A program made the translations under genes and the position numbers. This document shows positions 26,141 through 32,000 of a DNA stretch of 32,000 nucleotides, one piece after another; the first letter of the stretch is position 1, and each line of letters opens with the position of its first letter. This DNA comes from Candidatus Electronema halotolerans (GTDB lineage Bacteria; Desulfobacterota; Desulfobulbia; Desulfobulbales; Desulfobulbaceae). The DNA is taken from positions 600,001 through 632,000 of the forward strand of contig OW818675.1 of NCBI GenBank assembly GCA_942493095.1, in the 5' to 3' direction. Under the pieces are notes generated by a model. It had not been told where the DNA came from. It made no database searches and saw nothing but the letters and a program-made list of their open reading frames with translations.

Positions 26141-27706
26141 ATGAACCATCGCTTCTGCCAGATTATCTTTTTCCTCGCCGCAGTCTTCTGCCTCTTCTTT
26201 GCCGGCGCGGCAGCCGCAGCCCCTACAGAAATCCGCATTGCTGATTCCAACGGCGACTGGGGCTATCCCAATCCGTACCGCCACTATCCACGCGGGCCAG
26301 GCTACATCCGCATGAGCATGGTCTTTGACACCCTGATCTGGAAGGACGAAAAGGGCGCGATTCCGGCCTTGGCCCTGTCGTGGGACTATCAGCCGGAAAG
26401 CCAGAGCTGGGTCTTCAAACTGCGGGACGGCGTGAAATGGCATGACGGCCAGCCCTTCACGGCGCAGGATGTGGTCTTCACGGTGAAGTACATGCAGGAG
26501 CACCCCTACAGTTGGATACGGCTGAACAAGATTGCCAGCTGCGAGGCCAGCGGCCCGCTCCAAGTGACGATCAAGCTCAAGGAGCCATACGCGCCTTTCC
26601 TCTCTTTCATGGAGACCATGCCCATCCTGCCGGAGCATGTCTGGAACAAGATTGATGAGCCGAAAAAGTATGAAGGCATGGACAGCTTCATCGGCACTGG
26701 CCCGTACAAGTTCATCAACTTTGACAAGGTCAAAGGCAGCTATCTCTTTGAAGCCTTTCCTGACTATTACTTGGGCCGCCCCAAGATCGACCGCCTGATC
26801 TACATCCGGGCCGATGACCCGATTTTCGCCCTGCTGACCGGCAAGGCTGATTTGGTTGGTATTGAGCCGAACATGGCTGCCATGCTCAAAGGCAAAGGCA
26901 TGACCGTGATTGAGGACAAGCGGAGCTGGAACCGGAAGCTGATGATCAACCACCACAAGGAGCCATTCAGCAATAAGAAGTTCCGCCATGCGCTGGCATA
27001 CTCCATCAACCGACAGGAGTTGATCGACAAGGGGCATCAGGGCTTTGGCACCGTGGCTTCCTGCGGCCTGCTCTCGCCGGATCACGAGTTCTACAACCCG
27101 CAGACTCCAACGTATGAATACAGCCCGGCAAAGGCGGGTCAGCTACTGACTGAGCTGGGCTACAGCAAGGGCGCGGACGGCTTTTTCAGCAAAGACGGCA
27201 AACTGTTGACTGTTCACCTGCTCGCCTCGGCTATGGGCAGCACCGACCGGGACGGCGAGATCATCCGCCAGCAATTGGAAAAGGCGGGAATCAAGGTTGA
27301 TTTGCAGAACATGGAGAAGACTGCGGCGGACAGCAAGATCATGAACTGGGATTTTGATCTGGCGGTTTCCGGGCACGGCGGCCTGCTTGGCGATGCCGTG
27401 CTGCTCAACCGTCTGCTTGGCGATGATCAGTCTGCTGGTTCCATCAACTCGGCCCGCTATCAGGTCAGCGAGGAGCTGGGCAAGCTGTTTAAAGCGCAGG
27501 TGCGGGAGATGGACAAGGAAAAACGGCGGCAGTTAGTCTGGAAAATTCAGGAAATCGCTGCGGATGAGCTGCCTGCCCTGCCGCTCTACTATCCAAAGGC
27601 CATGTCTGCCTATAATCCGGCCAAGGGCGTGCAGTGGCAGTACACGCCCGGCGGCGTGGGCAACGGGGTGCCAACCCCTCAGAATAAAATTTTCTTAGTC
27701 CGTTGA
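26141..27706 (+). CDS. ABC transporter substrate-binding protein, family 5 (NikA/DppA/OppA type)
   Basis: 521 aa. The signal peptide is IIFFLAAVFCLFFAGAAAAAP. Family-typical segments include LALSWDYQPESQSWVFKLRDGVKWHDGQPFTAQDVVFT and FRHALAYSINRQELI. Confidence 0.9.
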   Translation: MNHRFCQIIFFLAAVFCLFFAGAAAAAPTEIRIADSNGDWGYPNPYRHYPRGPGYIRMSMVFDTLIWKDEKGAIPALALSWDYQPESQSWVFKLRDGVKWHDGQPFTAQDVVFTVKYMQEHPYSWIRLNKIASCEASGPLQVTIKLKEPYAPFLSFMETMPILPEHVWNKIDEPKKYEGMDSFIGTGPYKFINFDKVKGSYLFEAFPDYYLGRPKIDRLIYIRADDPIFALLTGKADLVGIEPNMAAMLKGKGMTVIEDKRSWNRKLMINHHKEPFSNKKFRHALAYSINRQELIDKGHQGFGTVASCGLLSPDHEFYNPQTPTYEYSPAKAGQLLTELGYSKGADGFFSKDGKLLTVHLLASAMGSTDRDGEIIRQQLEKAGIKVDLQNMEKTAADSKIMNWDFDLAVSGHGGLLGDAVLLNRLLGDDQSAGSINSARYQVSEELGKLFKAQVREMDKEKRRQLVWKIQEIAADELPALPLYYPKAMSAYNPAKGVQWQYTPGGVGNGVPTPQNKIFLVR

Positions 27707-28695
27707 TGCAGTTACGCTCTTCCGGGCGGCGCAGGAGCAGGCGGACAGACCTGCTGCTCACCTGCGCCCTCTCAGCCCTGCTGATGATCTGGATGAGCCA
27801 TGCTCTGCCCCGGCTGCTGCCCGGCGACTTTGTCACGGCCATGTATGCCAGCTCCGAGGATGTCATCCTCAGTGCCGAGCAGGAAGCGGAGCTGCGGGCC
27901 TATTACAGCCGCGAGGCGGGCTTTGGCCAGTATCTGCTCCGGCTGGCCAAGTTGGACTGGGGCTATTCCTATGCCTTCATGGCCCCGGTCTCAGAGCTGT
28001 TTTTCAAAGCACTGCCGTGGACGCTGCTGCTCCTGCTCTCGGCCAATCTGATCGCCGCTGTGATTGGCTTTATTGCCGGAGTGGAGGCCGCCTCACGTCG
28101 CAACAGCGGCTTGGAGCGCGGTTTGGTCAGTCTCAGTACGATTATGGAGGGCATCCCGGAAATTTGCACCGGAGTGCTCCTCTTAGCCGTTTTCTCGCTC
28201 TGGCTGGGCTGGTTTCCCTCGTCCGGGGCCGAAACCGCTTATGCCGAGCTGTCCTTCAGCGGCTGGCTTTTAGATGTGCTCCATCATCTCACCCTGCCGC
28301 TGCTCTCCTTGGTGCTGGCTTACCTGCCCGGCAACTTCCTCCTCACCCGCACCAGCATGGTGATGGTCATCCGCCAGCCCTACATCCGCACCGCACAGGC
28401 CAAGGGCTTGTCAGCCGCCCGCATTCGTTACGCCCATGCCGCCCGCAATTGCCTGCTGCCCTTGGTGACGCGCTTCGGAATGCGCTTGGCCTTCATGGTC
28501 ACTGGCGCGCTGGTGGTGGAGCGCATTCATTCCTATCCCGGCGTGGGCACGCTGCTTTTCAATGCCATCCGCCTGCGCGACCTGCCCGTGATTCAGACTG
28601 TGGTGCTGATCTCCTCGCTCATGGTGCTGGCCGCCATGACCAGCTTGGAGTTTGTCTATGGCTGGCTTGATCCACGGGTGAAAGAGGGACGGTGA
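27706..28695 (+). CDS. ABC transporter permease (NikB/DppB type)
   Basis: 329 aa from the ATG at 27706, which overlaps the SBP stop codon (TGATG). It has an LPGDFV N-terminal motif, multiple TM segments and the C-terminal YGWLDPRVK. No second permease or ATPase gene follows. Confidence 0.9.
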   Translation: MQLRSSGRRRSRRTDLLLTCALSALLMIWMSHALPRLLPGDFVTAMYASSEDVILSAEQEAELRAYYSREAGFGQYLLRLAKLDWGYSYAFMAPVSELFFKALPWTLLLLLSANLIAAVIGFIAGVEAASRRNSGLERGLVSLSTIMEGIPEICTGVLLLAVFSLWLGWFPSSGAETAYAELSFSGWLLDVLHHLTLPLLSLVLAYLPGNFLLTRTSMVMVIRQPYIRTAQAKGLSAARIRYAHAARNCLLPLVTRFGMRLAFMVTGALVVERIHSYPGVGTLLFNAIRLRDLPVIQTVVLISSLMVLAAMTSLEFVYGWLDPRVKEGR

Positions 28696-28730
28696 GTGGA
28701 GGTGATTTGAGAATGCGTTGTCCTGCTTGG

Positions 28731-29024
28731 CTATAGCTGGCCTATCTTCTGCATATACTTCATGTAGATCATTGAAATGATAGTTGCCCCGCCTCTTATC
28801 TCATCAGGGAGCGTTGGATAGTCAGTGCTGAATTCTTTAATGACCTGATGAGTATGTTGCTCAATTTCTTTGTAAGGTATTTTTGTCTTCTTTTCGATCT
28901 GAGCAATAATAATATCAAGCCCTTCTTCAAAGCATTCTTTGCTTATGGAGTCGAATTTACTCCAATGTTTTACAACGGCTTTGATAACCTGCTCACTATG
29001 TTTAATGAGCTTCCTTTTTCGCAT
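28731..29024 (-). CDS. hypothetical 97-aa protein (AT-rich orphan)
   Basis: The internal ATG at 29024 is preceded by AAAGGAG. The ORF-track start at 29132 lies inside the IS and is rejected. The product is MRKRKLIKHSEQVIKAVVKHWSKFDSISKECFEEGLDIIIAQIEKK..., predicted to be helical. I recognise no family. Confidence 0.5.
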   Translation of the reverse strand: MRKRKLIKHSEQVIKAVVKHWSKFDSISKECFEEGLDIIIAQIEKKTKIPYKEIEQHTHQVIKEFSTDYPTLPDEIRGGATIISMIYMKYMQKIGQL

Positions 29025-29054
29025 TGCTCTGTCTCCTTTGGTTCCAGTCTTCAA

Positions 29055-30359
29055 GGGAACCTCGAAAAATTTGAGATAAAGTTTTTTCAGCTTATCAATA
29101 GTGTCTTTGACAGTTGAAAATTTCAAATACATAAATTGTTATTTCCTGTTTTTTATTTATTTTGAGCAAACTTCCGTTGAAATATGTTCCTGAATGCGTT
29201 TCTTTTTTTTAAATCTTAAATTTTATTAAGAGTTCCGTACCTGTCAATATTGAACGTCAAGTTTCTCAAGCCTATTTTCGCAGCAGCGCGAATGAAACCT
29301 GTTCCTCGGAGAATCATATTGCCAGCACGTTGCGCCTGGATGCCGAAGACGTGTTCAATCCGGGAGCGAATTTTTGATCTTGTCCGATTTCCCTGCTTCT
29401 CCCATTCGGTCAGTTTCCGGCTTCGTGTTCCTTTGCGGTTCAGATGCTCTCTGTATCCATTCTCGTTCAACCAGTTGAGCTTTTTTTCGGATCTGTATGC
29501 CGAATCCGCATAGATATCCCGACTGGTGTTGTCAGGGTCAAGCAGCTCCTCAAAAATATTGCTGTCATGAACCTCGGCGCTGGTCACCGCATATTTTCGG
29601 ATGAATTTATGCTTCACATCAACAGATATATGATTTTTATAACCAAAAAAGCTTCTGCCGTTCTTTTTGGTCCAACGGGCATCAGTATCCTTCTGCGCCT
29701 GCTTATTCTCACTCCATCCTTCAGGCTGTTCACCATTCTTGATCTGCTTGTTTTCCTTGCGGCTGTTACGCTGGATCGGGGCGTTGACTATGGAAGCGTC
29801 GACTATCTGCCCTTTTCTGGCTTGATATCCATTTTCATCAAGAAATTCGTCAAAAACAGAAAACAGTTCCTCGATTTTTCCTGCTTTGGTCAAAGTTTCA
29901 CGAAAAAGCCATATCGTTGTCGCATCTGGAACTTTGTCAGCCGCCCGAAGTCCAAGGAATCTGGAAAACGAATATCTGTCAAGAATTTGATATTCCATCC
30001 CTTTATCAGAAAGATTGTATAATGATTGCAAAATTAAAATTTTGAACATCATGACTGAATCATAACCTTTAGCTCCAGCATTTGATTTCACAGGCTTTCT
30101 TTTTGCTTCTTCAAGAATTGGCCGAAATATTTCCCAGTCAATAGCCTTGTTGATCTTAACTAAAGGATCACCTGCTTTGTCAATTCGGGAAAGACGAATA
30201 TAAAAATCAAAAAATCCAAGTTGGTTCATCTGTGCATCTCCGGCAGCATGAGTTGAATTGATGCCGAAATTATAACATAATAGACTGAAATTTCAATATT
30301 AAAATAAAAAATAACAAAACAAATGCAGCAGAATGGATGTTGTATTTTTCGAGGAACCC
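29055..30359 (-). mobile_element. intact IS5-family insertion sequence, 1305 bp
   Basis: Terminal inverted repeats are GGGAACCTCGAAAAAT (29055-29070) and GGGTTCCTCGAAAAAT (reverse complement of 30344-30359), identical at 14 of 16 positions. They are flanked by a 4-bp direct repeat TCAA (29051-29054 and 30360-30363). A single transposase ORF lies inside. Confidence 0.85.
29216..30229 (-). CDS. IS5-family DDE transposase
   Basis: 337 aa. The N-terminus MNQLGFFDFYIRLSRIDKAGDPLVKINKAIDWEIFRPILE is InsH-like. DDE region motifs are VDASIVNAP, IYADSAYRSEK and RSRIEHVFG. Confidence 0.9.
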   Translation of the reverse strand: MNQLGFFDFYIRLSRIDKAGDPLVKINKAIDWEIFRPILEEAKRKPVKSNAGAKGYDSVMMFKILILQSLYNLSDKGMEYQILDRYSFSRFLGLRAADKVPDATTIWLFRETLTKAGKIEELFSVFDEFLDENGYQARKGQIVDASIVNAPIQRNSRKENKQIKNGEQPEGWSENKQAQKDTDARWTKKNGRSFFGYKNHISVDVKHKFIRKYAVTSAEVHDSNIFEELLDPDNTSRDIYADSAYRSEKKLNWLNENGYREHLNRKGTRSRKLTEWEKQGNRTRSKIRSRIEHVFGIQAQRAGNMILRGTGFIRAAAKIGLRNLTFNIDRYGTLNKI

Positions 30360-30472
30360 TCAAGAGAGATGCCGTAGTTGCGTAGGTCTGCTTGCGGGTA
30401 AATTTAAGCAATGAGCAGTCCGCTTTCGTTGCGCTCAAGCAGACTTACCTCTGCAAAACGTTCTGTCAGCCC

Positions 30473-30501
30473 ACTTTACGCAGCACATCTCCCTCTGTCA
30501 A
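30473..30501 (-). promoter_or_regulatory. candidate sigma70-type promoter, leftward, now separated from the 97-aa ORF by the IS
   Basis: Minus strand reads TTGACA (plus 30496-30501), a 17-nt spacer, then TAAAGT (plus 30473-30478). Downstream lie a 13-bp-stem inverted repeat (30382-30394 / 30436-30448) and then the IS insertion point. Confidence 0.35.
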
Positions 30502-30629
30502 CTGAAAAACTGCCGCAAAGCAGCTCGTCGTCTCCCGTCCTCCCCGCTGCTTCCTGAAAAACATCGAGCGACGCTTTTTTTCGCCATTCGTCATGCGGCG
30601 GCAAGATCATTAAAGAATTCAAAGTTGCG

Positions 30630-31556
30630 TTACAAATCCTCGTCCGCCAAGGGCAGCACCTCAGCAAGGCTGCTTCGTCCCAGCAAAATCATGAAAAGAC
30701 GGTCAAGGCCAAGGGCGATTCCGGCGCATTCAGGTAGCTGGGCAAGAGCGCGGAGGAATTGCTCCGGCATCAGACTGCTGCTGATTCCGGCTTTGGCCAT
30801 CTCCATCTGAAACCGTTGCCGCTGGGCTGCTGCGTCAGTCAGTTCGGAAAAGCCGTTGGCCAGCTCAATGCCGTTGATGTACAGCTCCACTCGCTCGGCA
30901 AGCAGCGGATTATCCTGCTTGGGCCGGGCCAGCGCGGCCAAGGCTATTGGGTAATCACAAAGGAAAACCGCGCCCAAGCGGGCCAGCTCAGGCTCCACTT
31001 TCTCAACTAGGAGCAAATCGAAGTCACCTTTTCTGACCGCCTCTTCCGCAGCAATGCCAGTGAATTGCTGAAAGGCCTCGGCCACGGTCAGACGGGGCCA
31101 CGGTTCCGTCTGCATTGCCCACGCAGGTAGCGGCTGCCAGCCCTGTTCAGCGCAGAAGCGGGCCAGCGAGCGGACCAGCTCCTCGCATTCCGCCATCAGC
31201 TCCGCATAGCTCCAGCCGGTCTGGTACCATTCCAGCATGGTGAATTCTTCCTGATGGAGCCGCCCGCGCTCGCCTTTGCGGAAGCAATGGCAAATCTGGA
31301 AGAGCCGTTCGCAGCCATTGGCGAGCAGCCGTTTCATGCACAGTTCCGGCGAGGTCTGAAGGAAACGGTCTTCCGAGCGCAGAGGCTGAATTTCCGCCTC
31401 TGGGATGAGCGCGGGCAGACGGGCCGGGGTGTCAGCCTCTATATAGTCGTGGGCATGAAAAAAACTGCGCACTGTCTGAAGCAGGGCCGAGCGTTTGCGG
31501 AGGTCAGCGGGTGAAAGCATCTGATTGGCGCTGGGGCGTTTAGTTTCAGTAACCAT
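30630..31556 (-). CDS. epmA: EF-P (R)-beta-lysine ligase (class II LysRS paralog, GenX/PoxA)
   Basis: 308 aa. Matching segments are LLQTVRSFFHAHDYIEADTP, FLQTSPELCMKRLLANGCERLFQICHCFRKGERGRLHQEEFTMLEWY and GIALGLDRLFMILLG. There is no anticodon-binding domain. The start codon is uncertain (M1 or M13, neither with a clear SD). Confidence 0.85.
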   Translation of the reverse strand: MVTETKRPSANQMLSPADLRKRSALLQTVRSFFHAHDYIEADTPARLPALIPEAEIQPLRSEDRFLQTSPELCMKRLLANGCERLFQICHCFRKGERGRLHQEEFTMLEWYQTGWSYAELMAECEELVRSLARFCAEQGWQPLPAWAMQTEPWPRLTVAEAFQQFTGIAAEEAVRKGDFDLLLVEKVEPELARLGAVFLCDYPIALAALARPKQDNPLLAERVELYINGIELANGFSELTDAAAQRQRFQMEMAKAGISSSLMPEQFLRALAQLPECAGIALGLDRLFMILLGRSSLAEVLPLADEDL

Positions 31557-31617
31557 TTACAATGGTTGATCGGGCCAGCATAAAAAACATCCATCTTTCT
31601 GTCAACAGGGAACATGC

Positions 31618-31646
31618 TTGCTGTATGACTGTCTTTCGGCTATCAT
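31618..31646 (+). promoter_or_regulatory. candidate promoter of the riboswitch-controlled transcript
   Basis: TTGCTG (31618-31623), a 17-nt spacer, then TATCAT (31641-31646). It lies about 45 nt before the aptamer P1 stem. Confidence 0.35.
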
Positions 31647-31689
31647 GCGTCAACGGCAGCTTGGCCTGCCGCTTCACATCAAGAGAGAT

Positions 31690-31833
31690 GTTTCAGTGAA
31701 CGGAACACGGTGCGATTCCGTGGCATTCCCGATGCTGTGACCCCGAATAAGCTCTTCAGCAGATTGCAGCCACTGTTTTTCGTAAACGGGAAGGCTGCTG
31801 AATGAGCGGGGAAGCCAGAAGACGAACTGAATG
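31690..31833 (+). promoter_or_regulatory. cobalamin (B12) riboswitch aptamer
   Basis: P1 pairs ttcagt (31692-31697) with actgaa (31826-31831). Core elements are GGTGCGATTCCGTGG (31709-31723), CCCGATGCTGTGA, GCCACTG (31769-31775), CGGGAAGGC (31787-31795) and the B12 box AAGCCAGAAGAC (31812-31823). They occur in the same order as in the btuB-type consensus. Confidence 0.8.
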
Positions 31834-31935
31834 TCGATATTTTTTTTGCGAACGCGATGGCAAAGGGTTCCGCAGAGCAATTGTTCTGCTGGAACCCTTT
31901 CCGCTTCCGGCAGGGCAAAACCTACAAGGTGCGTC

Positions 31936-32000
31936 ATGAAAACCCAATTGGAAGCAGCCCGCGCAGGCATCATCACCAACGCAGTCCAAACAGTGGCCCA
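31936..32000 (+). CDS. 5' end of a ThiC-family radical-SAM gene (ThiC or the BzaA/BzaF 5-hydroxybenzimidazole synthase paralog), partial
   Basis: The ATG at 31936 gives MKTQLEAARAGIITNAVQTVA before the window ends. This resembles the ThiC-family N-terminus (TQ.EAAR.GIIT). Only 21 codons are visible. Its position behind a B12 riboswitch rather than a TPP riboswitch favours the Bza paralog. Confidence 0.5.
   Translation, partial: MKTQLEAARAGIITNAVQTVA

Noticed and set aside
25823-27085. 420-aa antisense ORF across the FmdE/Zn-ribbon and SBP genes
   Set aside because: It spans a terminator and two well-supported sense genes. Its composition is that of an antisense artefact, with no SD and no recognisable motifs.
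29025-29132. Longer 133-aa version of the orphan ORF (start at 29132)
   Set aside because: Its first 26 codons lie inside the IS, beyond the terminal repeat at 29055. The internal ATG at 29024 has a strong SD and lies outside the element.
30361-30371. The 11-mer caagagagatg occurs at both 30361 and 31680, with a 10-mer variant at 21715
   Set aside because: Exact 11-mer repeats are expected by chance dozens of times in a 32-kb window on two strands. There is no extended similarity around the copies.
30364-30629. Possible tmRNA or tRNA-like gene next to the IS (a short reading frame ending ...LLIA-TAA on the minus strand plus a flanking stem)
   Set aside because: It has no GGGG...TTCGACG 5' end, no T-arm or CCA-proximal acceptor sequence, and the tag does not end in the usual (A/V)AA. 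This is a resemblance only.
31862-31900. Hairpin arms AAGGGTTCC / GGAACCCTT resemble the IS terminal repeat (AGGGTTCCTCG), suggesting a minimal MITE
   Set aside because: Only 7-8 nt match, and the sequence then diverges. Matches of that length are expected by chance many times in 32 kb.

Overview
The window looks like chromosomal DNA from a moderately GC-rich, anaerobe-type bacterium. The taxon cannot be assigned without a database search. Core genes are a vapBC toxin-antitoxin pair, pyruvate:ferredoxin oxidoreductase, rluB, an IHF-beta-like gene, rimO, a large AsmA/TamB-like envelope protein, crcB and epmA. A cobalamin riboswitch at the right edge precedes a ThiC/BzaF-like gene start. Three visibly AT-rich accessory patches interrupt this backbone. 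(1) 7.7-12.3 kb holds an IS-end scar, a decayed acyl-CoA-ligase pseudogene, a beta-helix protein and an 805-aa surface protein with seven 234-bp tandem repeats. (2) 16.5-21.7 kb holds a NACHT/STAND NTPase with an AT-rich C-terminal module ending in 36-bp hairpin repeats. It is followed by an 11 x 21-bp repeat array, an orphan copy of the 36-bp repeat and a 710-aa HAD-like protein. (3) 28.7-30.4 kb holds an orphan 97-aa ORF cut off from its promoter and 5' leader by an intact IS5-family element (16-bp inverted repeats, TCAA target duplication). Between patches 2 and 3 (21.9-28.7 kb) lies an unusual uptake cluster: periplasmic FmdE-like protein, TonB-dependent receptor, cytoplasmic FmdE/Zn-ribbon protein, family-5 binding protein and a single permease, with the rest of the ABC operon absent. 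Two genes of this cluster carry a duplicated leader module with a conserved mini-ORF, MT(LPGP)W(V/A)FFP(E/A)K-stop, whose stop codon sits in a conserved hairpin. My best candidates for undescribed biology are this leader/uptake cluster and the NACHT-repeat-HAD locus. Both are hypotheses drawn from sequence reading only. No homology search, RNA folding or statistics could be run.
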